Source: an uncultured delta proteobacterium (GTDB taxonomy: Bacteria > Desulfobacterota > Desulfuromonadia > Desulfuromonadales > JACZKF01). From it: a stretch of DNA of 64,000 nucleotides. Numbering within the stretch: position 1 is the stretch's first letter; each line of letters starts with the position of its first letter. Below, one piece after another: positions 35,119-44,479 of this stretch. The DNA lies in contig CAWFKQ010000016.1 of NCBI GenBank assembly GCA_963816395.1, forward strand, positions 384,001-448,000, in the 5' to 3' direction. The position numbers and the translations under genes are program-made. The notes beneath the pieces are model-generated. The model was not told the DNA's origin, ran no database searches, and was given only the letters and a program-made list of their open reading frames with translations.

Positions 35119-35489
35119 AACCCCCGCTTTTTTTTGAAAAAGGGATTTCGCCTCCGAATGTCCGCCTCTCTCGGGCCTTCGGCGCATACGTTTAACCTGC
35201 CGTTTCCCATTCTGCACTTGGAGTGGGGCGAAAGGCGGCACACCGAAGGATAGGAGAGAGTCTCTGTGAATGTAGGGGAAAGGCTTACGGGAAAAAATGA
35301 AAAAGGAAAAAATCTGGAAAGTTTCCGCTAGGAATTGCCTTTTTTTTGAATTAAGATTTCCCTCGGTCCCGATTCAAATTTAATGAAGACTTAAGCCTCT
35401 ATTAACGCAAATGGCCTTCGGCCCCATATTGAAAATTTAATTTTGTCCATCAGCATCACTTGTCTGTGAACACCTGTAAGGAGGATCCG

Positions 35490-36770
35490 ATGAAGAAAAG
35501 GCAACACTTCCTCTCCGCGCGTGCCGGAGCCCTGCTCTGCCTGGCCCTTCTGTTATGCCTGCCCACCGCCGGTTGGAGCGCAAGCGTCTCTTTCACCTCC
35601 GACACCCTCCTCCGCCTGTTCGAGCGCAACGACGATAAGACCGCGCCCGGCTACGAGTACCTGCGGGTCGATGGCGGCGCCCTCGAAGAAAAAGGGCTGA
35701 GCTTCCACCTGTACGGCTGGGGGCGGGCCGACCTGGCCGACAGTGATTATTTTTCGGACCAGACCGCCGGGGAGCTGCTCTACGGCTATCTGGAATATTC
35801 GAATGCCATCAACAACTTCGACCTGAAGGTCGGGCGGCAGTACATTTTCGAAGGGGTCGCCAACCAGAGCGTCGACGGGGCGCGTCTCGCAGTCGACATC
35901 ACCCCCTATTTCACCGTCTCGGCCTACGGTGGCCAGCCCGTCGCCCTCGACTCCGAACAGGGCCGCAGCGGCGACAGCACCTTCGGCGGCCGCATCGGTC
36001 ACCACCTCGGGTCGCTCTACGATCTCGGGGTTTCCTACAAGGTGGTGGGCAACGATGGCGCCGAGCAGGAGCAGAAGGTCGGGGTCGACCTGAATGCCGA
36101 ACTCCCCTTCGGCGTGAGTTTCTCGGGCTTTTCTTCTTACAACCTGCGCACCGACGGCTGGGGGGAGCAGTCCTACGAGCTGCGCTTCAGCCTCGCCGAT
36201 TTTGCCTTCCGCCCCTTCTTTCAGCGGTTCCGCTACGAGGACTACTTCGGAACCGGGGTCAACAGCGCCAATCCCTTCATTCTGCTGGCCGCTGCCGACC
36301 AGACCCTCACCAGCTACGGCACCGATATCCTGTGGCGCAAGTATGAGAAGTGGGACATCGGGGCGAAATTCAAGGGTTACCACTACGATGAGGGCCTCAC
36401 CGATACCGCCTACTATTATAGCGGGCTGCTCACCTGGCACGGCGAGGGGCTCAGCCAGATCGGCGGCGAACTCGGCTATATGGACGGCGATCTCGACCGC
36501 GACCGCTACCTGCTCGCTCGGGCCTACTTCTACTGCGATCAGGTCAGCAAAATGCTGCCCTTCAAGTTCGTCACCGGCGACCTCGTCTATGCGCATTACG
36601 AGCAGGACATCAACAACGAGGACAACTCCGTGTTCGTCTCCCTCGGGGTCGGTTCGAATTTCCTCAAGGACAAGCTGCAGGTCAAGCTTTCCGGCGACTT
36701 CAGCTCGGATCCCTACTTCGACAGCGATCTGCGCGGCCTGCTGACGGCCCGGTATGCCTTCGATATGTAA
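35490..36770 (+). CDS. Outer-membrane beta-barrel, porin-cytochrome conduit type (ExtB-like)
   Basis: Signal peptide, Tyr/Gly-rich alternating strands, GRQY motif, aromatic C-terminal strand (ARYAF), directly upstream of two multiheme lipoproteins. Confidence 0.75.
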   Translation: MKKRQHFLSARAGALLCLALLLCLPTAGWSASVSFTSDTLLRLFERNDDKTAPGYEYLRVDGGALEEKGLSFHLYGWGRADLADSDYFSDQTAGELLYGYLEYSNAINNFDLKVGRQYIFEGVANQSVDGARLAVDITPYFTVSAYGGQPVALDSEQGRSGDSTFGGRIGHHLGSLYDLGVSYKVVGNDGAEQEQKVGVDLNAELPFGVSFSGFSSYNLRTDGWGEQSYELRFSLADFAFRPFFQRFRYEDYFGTGVNSANPFILLAAADQTLTSYGTDILWRKYEKWDIGAKFKGYHYDEGLTDTAYYYSGLLTWHGEGLSQIGGELGYMDGDLDRDRYLLARAYFYCDQVSKMLPFKFVTGDLVYAHYEQDINNEDNSVFVSLGVGSNFLKDKLQVKLSGDFSSDPYFDSDLRGLLTARYAFDM

Positions 36771-36807
36771 GCCGAACGGCTTTCCCTTTCGGATCAGGAG
36801 CGGAATC

Positions 36808-37275
36808 ATGCTGAAAAGAATCGTATTGTTTGTCGTCCTGACGGCCCTGCCGCTCACTATGTTGGCCTGCGCTACGCTCAAGAGCGGGTTTGAATTCCCC
36901 GCCAAGCATCCCGAGGAGCTAGCCCAGGGAGTACGGCCCACCTGTACCGAGTGCCATGATGCGCGCGACGAAAATGTCGATTATCAGCGCTTCAACCACA
37001 CCGTTTACTTCATGGACAACCACCGTCAGGCCGCCTACCAGCGCTCGCAGGTCTGCTCCATGTGTCATGCGACCAGCTTCTGCAATGACTGCCATGCCAC
37101 ACGGGTGGAACTCAAGCCCTCGATCAAGAACCAGACCGAGAACTACCGGCGGCTGCAGCATCGGGGCGACTACCTCTCGCGGCACCGGATCGATGGCCGG
37201 ATCGACCCGACCTCCTGCTTCCGCTGCCACGGCAACCCCAAGGCATCGGCAACCTGCGTACCCTGCCACGGCTAG
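36808..37275 (+). CDS. Pentaheme c-type cytochrome lipoprotein (ExtC-like)
   Basis: Lipobox MLAC; CTECH, CSMCH, CNDCH, CFRCH, CVPCH. Confidence 0.85.
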   Translation: MLKRIVLFVVLTALPLTMLACATLKSGFEFPAKHPEELAQGVRPTCTECHDARDENVDYQRFNHTVYFMDNHRQAAYQRSQVCSMCHATSFCNDCHATRVELKPSIKNQTENYRRLQHRGDYLSRHRIDGRIDPTSCFRCHGNPKASATCVPCHG

Positions 37276-37302
37276 CATTCAATGGGCATAAGGAGGAAAA
37301 TT

Positions 37303-38170
37303 ATGCACAAATTGACCCTGATATTATCCCTGCTGCTTCTGACCGCACTCGCGGCGGGTTGCGCTGACCAGAGCGATGGGGCGGCCGATACCAATCAACC
37401 ACATCCTCTGGGAGCCGCCTGGCTGCTGCCCAGCGGCCATCCCACGGCGGCGGTTGACGAGTCTCTCCCCTGTTTCGGCTGCCACCAGGAAAATGTCGGA
37501 GGCGCTGCTCCCGCCTGCAGCCAGTGCCACACGGCAGGTCCGCCCAACTTCATCGTCGGGACGTGCGATTCCTGCCATTCAAAACCGCCCGATGGCGACG
37601 CTCGTCCCAACCGGGAAGGCGCCCATACCACCCACAACGCCCTGCCTCAAGTCACCGACGTTTGCGCCACCTGTCACAATGGCGCCGGGAGCGGCTCTTT
37701 GCATCACTACGATACGTCTTCCCCGGCGGATGTCGCGTTCTTGGCAGCTTATAACGCCAAATCGGGTTCCGCGGCCTTTACGCCCGATGCTGCCAATCCG
37801 GGTACCGGCACCTGCAGCAACGTCAGTTGCCATGGCGGCCAGCAGACTCCCGACTGGCAGAGCGGGGTGATCAATGTCAATCAGGAATGCACCAAATGCC
37901 ACGAGCTGGGCACCGACTTCCAGACCCCCCAGTACAACAGCCCCTATTCGGGACAGCACCAGTTTCACGTGGCGACGGAGAAATTCGGCTGCATCATCTG
38001 TCATGATACGACCAAACTGGCCAACGGGCATTTCAGCGGCCTGAACACTCCGGAATTCGAGGCAGATCCGGCGGCGACCCTGCAGGATTTCATCACACTA
38101 CGATCCGCAGGCCATGACCTGCACCAACAACCTCGGCGCCTGTCACGCTGGTCAGACGCGGCCCTGGTAA
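37303..38170 (+). CDS. CxxxxCH/CxxCH multiheme cytochrome lipoprotein (ExtD-like), ~8 hemes (frameshift near 38095)
   Basis: Lipobox AAGC; six CxxCH, CSNVSCH, and CTNNLGACH...PW* in the alternate frame ending at TAA 38170. Confidence 0.8.
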
Positions 38171-38286
38171 ATAGCGGGAGAAGCATTAACCTCGTATGCT
38201 ATTGCCGTTCGATTTGAACGATCCATAGCAAACTTACCTGGAATGCACCGGAGCCAGGTGAATTTGCAAAAAAAATGAAGGTGGAG

Positions 38287-38321
38287 AAGGGCCGGAAAAG
38301 AATTCCCGGCCCTTTTCTTTT
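38287..38321 (+). terminator. Intrinsic terminator
   Basis: AAGGGCCGG...CCGGCCCTTTTCTTT. Confidence 0.75.
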
Positions 38322-38490
38322 GTGCGCCAGACATCAGCGATTTCGCCGTGTCTGGCGTTTTTTGCTGCTGTTACCGCGGATCGACGCTGAGGGAACCTGA
38401 TGGTTAGTAAGAGCCTGCTCAAGGCGGAAGTGCTTGAAAAGTAAATAATTCTCATTCCATATGCGGAAAAAAATCCCAGATTAAAATATC

Positions 38491-38509
38491 TTGGTCCGTT
38501 CTGTGCAAT
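38491..38509 (+). promoter_or_regulatory. Putative sigma54 (-24/-12) promoter of cytochrome 3
   Basis: TTGGTCCGTTCTGTGCAAT with GG-N10-GC spacing; same ends as the 32713 site. Confidence 0.55.
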
Positions 38510-38836
38510 AATTAGTACCAGACATTTAAAAATAAAAATATTGTTGATTTCATTTTAATTTATTATATTTTTTATTATGAAATATCCTTGGAAAACGCAT
38601 ATTTGGGGTGTTTTGCCGTTCTGGATAAGTGATGGGGGTCGCGGCTAAATTATTCCCCGATTACGGTCCGAGGCCGAACGGAGGGAAACTTCGCAATTCG
38701 ACCTGGGTCAAATGACTGAAAGGAAAAACGAGATAGAGCTGAGGTCGAGAGAATTTTTCGAACAGACAATTGGCGGAAACCAGTTAAATGGGCCACCGTG
38801 GTGGTTGGCCAGAACATCCAACAAGAGAGGGAGTAG

Positions 38837-41080
38837 ATGGACATGAAGAGATTCAGAGGAGGACTGTTGGTAGTCCTGATGGCGCTGGCGGTCGGGTTCT
38901 ACGGCTGTTCAGGCGATGATGGAAAAGACGGCGCACCGGGGCCGGCCGGTCAGGATGGGAAAGATGCGCCCGTGACCGCATCCGTAAAGGCAGAGTCATG
39001 TGCCGTTTGCCATGCCGGCGTCGGCGATGATCACCAGGCGGTTTACAACAGCACCAAGGATGCATCGAAACTCGTGCTCAACTACACCGACGTAGCGGAA
39101 ACGGATAACGGTGACGGGACATACACCTATCTCGCCACGTTCACCATCACCGATAATGGTGCTCCCTATGCCGCGACGGTGACCAGCAACAAGATCGCCG
39201 GCCTGGATACCCAGAGCTGGAACTGGGTGGACTTTGACCCCGCCACCAATCAATTCGACACCGTCTACTTCGGGACCAAGGACGACGGCAGCCCCAAGGC
39301 AGCCAGCTCGACGATTGCCGCCACCGACACTCCCGGCACCTACACCCAGACCGTCACGCTGGACAGCCAACTCACCACCGGCGATGCGTACGGCTATATT
39401 GCCCGCACGAAGGTCGGTCCTTCCCCCGTCTCGCATGTCCAGCTGTATGACGACGTCTCCAACGCCGGTATCAAGGTCGGCACCTGGACCTATACCTCCG
39501 CGGTCACCGAGGACGCCTGCGCCAACTGCCATGGCAAACCGTACCTGAAGCATGGCTATCGCGGCTTCGCGGCAACCGGCCTGGACGATGCGGTAGCCTG
39601 CAAGAACTGCCACTACGACACGCGAACCGGCTCCGACGCGGCAGAATTCTTCGGCGACGAGGCTTACGGCTACAAGGCCAGCATCATGGCCGATACCCAT
39701 GCCTCCCACAACAACGTCTTCCCTTATCCCCAGGCGATGAATAACTGCGTGGCCTGCCACCCGGGTGCGAAACTCGCCAGGCGTCCTGACAGACGCCAAT
39801 TTCCGGAGAGATGTCTGCGAAAGCTGCCACGCCGACGTCGACCCGGCCACCAATACCGTCGTCTCGAAGCCCCTTTCGACGATCGTGCCGCATGACCATC
39901 CCCGACTAACGAGTGCAACGAGTGCCACAAGGTGGCGGCATCGGCCCCGTCTTCAGCGCCGATTCACAGCGGCTACAACAGCGAAATCTACTCTGCTGCC
40001 GGCGAGAGATATTCCGACCTCGTCACGACCACCATCGATTCGGCAAGCATCGCCAATAACGTTCTGGATATCAAATTCAGCGCGACCGGTTCTGCCGCTG
40101 ATCTCGGTCTCGCCGCCAAGGACATCGTGCCCACCGTTCTTGTCGGTCTGTACGGCTACGACACCCATAATTTCGTCGTCAGCCCGCACAACAGCGATAT
40201 TACAGAGGCTGACGGTACTAAAAGTAGAAACCTGGAATATGTTGTAGGCGCAACGCATCCCCGCTTCACTACGGTGGCGGCGGCGGACGGCAGCTGGGAA
40301 GTCACTGCCGACATTTCAGCCTGGGCAGACAAAATTGCTGATGGTTCGGTCAAGCGGCTGGAAATTGCTGTGATGCCGAAGCTTGGCAAGGTTGTGGGTG
40401 AGGTTGACTCCCGTGAAAATGGTGAGACCGACGATCTGGTTCTCGCCCTCAACGCGCCTTCCAAAACCTTCAACATCGCCGACAACGCCTTCGAGGAGTA
40501 TTTCAACCCCATCGTCAAAGTTGCCGACGGCTGCAACAAGTGCCATGACGCCCTTGGTACAACGTTCCATTCCGGCGATCGTGGCGGCAACATCGTCGTC
40601 TGCCGGCTGTGCCACACGGTTAATAATGGCGCCAGCCACCTGGAGATGCAGGGCAGGTCGATCGATTCCTACGTCCATGCGATCCACTCCATGCAGCCGC
40701 TGGATCCCCAGAACCTGACCAAGGAAGAGTTCGAGGAGGAAGTCGGTTTCGTGTACCCCACCTTCACCACGACGGCTTGCGAATCCTGCCACAATGCCGG
40801 AACCTACAATGTACCGGATCAGGCCAAGTCGCTGCCCGGCATTCTTTCGGCATCGAAGCAACTGCCCTGGGACAGAAATATTGGCGATGTCCCGAGCTAT
40901 ATCGTCGGACCTGCCTCCCGGGCCTGCGGTGGCTGCCACCGGGCTGAACTGATCAACGAAGATAAGGCTGGTGATCTTGCCGCATTCAACGAGCACACCG
41001 GGACCTTTGGTACTCTTGTTGATGCTGCCACTACGACGCTTGCTACGGTCACTGACCAAATCATGTCCATGTTCAAGTAA
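38837..41080 (+). CDS. Divergent MtrC/OmcA-like decaheme lipoprotein 3 (frameshifts 39780-39960)
   Basis: Lipobox FYGC; CAVCH, CANCH, CKNCH, CVACH, CESCH, CNECH, CNKCH, CRLCH, CESCH, CGGCH. Confidence 0.85.
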
Positions 41081-41130
41081 GGAAAGTGCGAGGTAGGTTT
41101 CGGCCCACCTCAGTTCCTGTCATTGTCTGT

Positions 41131-41161
41131 GGGCGGACCCTCCCGGGTCCGCCCTTTTTTT
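41131..41161 (+). terminator. Intrinsic terminator
   Basis: GGGCGGACCC-tccc-GGGTCCGCCC-TTTTTTT. Confidence 0.88.
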
Positions 41162-41242
41162 AATCGCCACAGGCGAGAATATCTTTAATTAATCATTGAT
41201 CTTTAATTAACGCAACACACCGAAAAATAAAGAGAATCTTCA

Positions 41243-41271
41243 TTGACAGCCCGCCTCCTCTATGTTCTAAT
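41243..41271 (+). promoter_or_regulatory. Putative sigma70 promoter of cytochrome 4
   Basis: TTGACA-17 bp-TCTAAT with TG extension. Confidence 0.55.
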
Positions 41272-41428
41272 AAGCGAAGATTCATTCGACTCCCCTCGAT
41301 AAAAATTCAGAAACGCACGAATCCAAAAGCAGTACGGAGGAATCGATGCGATGCCGAGGTTCACCACGGAAGCAGAGGGTTCTCCACAGTGAGGTCTTCC
41401 CGCAGGACTATCCCAAGGAGGCGGAAAA

Positions 41429-44404
41429 ATGAAAAAGCATGGAAGGTTTCTGAGGTTTTTTCTGGTCGGCCTGATGGCTGTTTCTTTGGCCCTGGCCGGC
41501 TGCGAGGGTGATGAAGGAGATCGCGGCCCCGCCGGTCCACCCGGACCTCCCGGGCCCCCGGGAGAACCGGGCACTCCAGGCACTCCAGGCACGCCGGCAA
41601 CAGGTGCCCAGGCGCAGCCGCCGATCATCGCCATCCCGGCGGCGATCACCAGTGTCACGGTTCCACAGGGAGGTGGGCAGCCGACCGTCCAGTTCAACGT
41701 GCAGGATGAAAACGGCCAGCCGATCACCGACCTCGCCACCGGTGATGTGCGCTTCATCATCGCCAAGCTGGTGCCGGGAGGGACGAATGAGACGGCCAAC
41801 TGGCAGAGTTACATCAATCGCACGGAAACCGCCGCTGCCGGCGTCGGTCCCGGTGGAACTCCGGCACTGACCTCGGCGACCCAGGCGACGACCGAGAACA
41901 ATGGGACGCTGACCAATAACGGCGGTGGCAACTACACCTACACGTTCAGCAACAACATCGCCAACATCACCCAGCCGATTGCCGTTCCCTATGAGCCGAC
42001 GCTTACCCACCGGGTGGCGATTCAGATAGAGCGGGAAGCGGAAGGGGGGCCGCTGAAGGTCTCCAACCCCGTCTTCAACTTCGTGCCCGCCGGCGGCGAG
42101 CCGGCGCAGCCGAGTGTGGTCACCACCGCCCAATGCAACGAATGCCATGACTTGCTGGCCCTCCATGGCGGCGGTCGGATCAACGTGGACTACTGCGTGA
42201 CCTGCCACAATCCGGGCACCACCGACGCCAACAGCGGCAACGTCCTCGACTTCCCGATCATGGTGCATAAAATCCATCGCGGCGACGAACTGCCGAGTTT
42301 CACCGAAGGGGGAGTGCCCTATGTCATCTGGGGCTTCGGCAACAGTCCGCACGACTACTCCAACCTGGGCTACCCGCAGGACATCCGCCACTGCACCAAA
42401 TGCCATGAAGCGGGCAAAGCGCCGATGGGGAACAACTGGAAGGCGGCGCCTTCGATCCAGGCCTGCGGCGCCTGCCACGACAACATCATCTTCAACCCGA
42501 CCGTGCAGAACCTGCCGACCCCGGCGCCGGCCTTCATGCGCAACCACACCGGCGGCGTACCGGTGACCAACAGCGCCTGCTCCGCCTGCCACCCGGCGGA
42601 TACCGACGGGGTGGGGATCGCTTCCGGGCAGCCCCTCAGTGCTCTCATCACCGGCGCCAACGTGACCGACGTCCATATCATCCCGGCGGAAGCGGGCGCA
42701 GCCGTATTCGAGTACAAGATCCTCGAGATCACCAACACCAAGCCGGGGCAGAATCCGACGGTGAAATTCCAGGTGCTCAACCCAAAAACAGGCGAACCCT
42801 ACAATATCCTGACCGCTTCGCCCTGGATGCAAGGTGGCGCGAGCAGCCTGTCCGTCGATATCGGCTGGCCTACCCAGGAATTTGCCAATACGGGCAGCGG
42901 TGCCGATCCGGCGCAGCCGATCCGCATCAACCCGCTTACTGCTGGGGTTGCCACCGATAATGGCGACGGCACCTTCTCCGTCACCTCGCCGACGCCGATC
43001 CCGGCGGACGTGACCGGCAGCGGCCGTGTCGCCCTGGAAGGGCATCCGGCCCTGGTGGACGCGAGCGGCAACCCGATCACGCAGGATGGCGCAGCGATCC
43101 GGGTGCCGGTAAAAACCGCCACCATGAACTTCCCGATCACCGACAGCACGGCCCAAGGGCAGCGCGACATCGTCTCCATTGACAAGTGCAACGTCTGCCA
43201 TAACACCCTGAGCCTGCACGGCAACAACCGCACCGACAACATCGGCGTCTGCGTCATCTGCCACAACCCCGACGCCACCGATATCGAGCAGCGCCCGGCC
43301 ACCGGTGCGATCGATGGTCGCAAGGAGCAGGCGATCGACTTCAAGACGATGATCCACGGCATCCATGCCAACGAGGTCCGCACTGACAATGGCGGCCAAA
43401 CCGGCACGACGGGCCTGGTGATCTACGGGTTCGGCGGCAACCCGCACGACTTCGGCCTCAACAGCACCACCGGCGACGCCGTGCGCTTCCCGGGGCGGCT
43501 GCAGAACTGCCTCAAGTGCCACGTGGACGAGGCCTATCAGATTCCTCTGAATAATTTCGTGCTGGCCACCACCGTCGATACCGGCGCCGATCTGGCCGAT
43601 CCGACGGACGACACCAACATCAGCCCGAGCGCCGCTTTCTGCTCCTACTGCCACGACAGCGCCCAGGCCATACAGCACATGAAGAACGTTGGCACGGCAG
43701 AGTTCGACCTGGTCGGCGGCACTTTCGACCCGACCGAGGCGGACACCACCGAGACGTGCGATTTCTGTCACGCGCCGGACGGCATCGCCCCGCTCAAGGG
43801 TCTGATGGCGATCTCCGAGGTGGAAGTCCCGGCTCCGCAGCCGGTCCTTGGCCCGCCGGCGCCGAATCCGCCGGTTAATGGAGGCGGAGGAGGCGGTAAC
43901 CAGGCGCCGGTGGCCAATGCCGGGCCCGCCCAGACCATAGCCGCGCCCGGTACGCCGGTCACCCTCGACGGCACCGCCAGCGCCGATCCGAATGGCGACA
44001 CCCTGACGTACACCTGGACCCTGCAGGTGCCGACGGGGAGCAACGCCACGCTGACGGGCGCCGATACGGCGACCCCGACGTTCACTCCCGACATCAACGG
44101 CACCTACACCGCCACCCTGGTCGTCAATGACGGGACGGTGGACAGCGCGCCTTCGACGGTCACCGTTACCGTCGGCGGCGGTGGCGGCGCCGACCTGGCG
44201 GCGGGGCAGGCGGTTTATACGAATAACTGCGCCGCGTGCCATGTGTTGGGTACCTTCGATACGACAGGCTTCGCTCCCGACCTGGCCGGCAAGGGAACCC
44301 TGGTGGACACCATGTTCCCGACTCCGGGGGTAGCGGGGCACCAGAACATCACTCTCTCGGCCCAGGACATCACCAACGTGAAAGCGTTTGTCGATTCCCA
44401 GTAA
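41429..44404 (+). CDS. MtrC/OmcA-family decaheme lipoprotein extended by a PKD-like domain and a C-terminal monoheme cytochrome c (11 hemes, intact 991-aa ORF)
   Basis: Lipobox LAGC, 10 Gly-X-Y triplets, 5+5 CxxCH, NQAPVANAG..TLDGTASADP..YTW..LVVNDG, GQAVYTNNCAACH. Confidence 0.92.
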   Translation: MKKHGRFLRFFLVGLMAVSLALAGCEGDEGDRGPAGPPGPPGPPGEPGTPGTPGTPATGAQAQPPIIAIPAAITSVTVPQGGGQPTVQFNVQDENGQPITDLATGDVRFIIAKLVPGGTNETANWQSYINRTETAAAGVGPGGTPALTSATQATTENNGTLTNNGGGNYTYTFSNNIANITQPIAVPYEPTLTHRVAIQIEREAEGGPLKVSNPVFNFVPAGGEPAQPSVVTTAQCNECHDLLALHGGGRINVDYCVTCHNPGTTDANSGNVLDFPIMVHKIHRGDELPSFTEGGVPYVIWGFGNSPHDYSNLGYPQDIRHCTKCHEAGKAPMGNNWKAAPSIQACGACHDNIIFNPTVQNLPTPAPAFMRNHTGGVPVTNSACSACHPADTDGVGIASGQPLSALITGANVTDVHIIPAEAGAAVFEYKILEITNTKPGQNPTVKFQVLNPKTGEPYNILTASPWMQGGASSLSVDIGWPTQEFANTGSGADPAQPIRINPLTAGVATDNGDGTFSVTSPTPIPADVTGSGRVALEGHPALVDASGNPITQDGAAIRVPVKTATMNFPITDSTAQGQRDIVSIDKCNVCHNTLSLHGNNRTDNIGVCVICHNPDATDIEQRPATGAIDGRKEQAIDFKTMIHGIHANEVRTDNGGQTGTTGLVIYGFGGNPHDFGLNSTTGDAVRFPGRLQNCLKCHVDEAYQIPLNNFVLATTVDTGADLADPTDDTNISPSAAFCSYCHDSAQAIQHMKNVGTAEFDLVGGTFDPTEADTTETCDFCHAPDGIAPLKGLMAISEVEVPAPQPVLGPPAPNPPVNGGGGGGNQAPVANAGPAQTIAAPGTPVTLDGTASADPNGDTLTYTWTLQVPTGSNATLTGADTATPTFTPDINGTYTATLVVNDGTVDSAPSTVTVTVGGGGGADLAAGQAVYTNNCAACHVLGTFDTTGFAPDLAGKGTLVDTMFPTPGVAGHQNITLSAQDITNVKAFVDSQ

Positions 44405-44422
44405 GCTAAGGGCTGCGGCATT

Positions 44423-44463
44423 AAAAAAAACAGGGTGGGCCTTTCGGCCCACCCTGTTTTTTT
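44423..44463. terminator. Bidirectional intrinsic terminator
   Basis: A8-CAGGGTGGGCC-tttc-GGCCCACCCTG-T7 between convergent genes. Confidence 0.9.
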
Positions 44464-44479
44464 CGTGGAAGGAAGTCCC

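Noticed and set aside
29296..41428. GEMM-I cyclic dinucleotide riboswitches in cytochrome leaders
   Set aside because: No convincing GEMM-I two-hairpin pattern found by eye; an Rfam scan would be decisive
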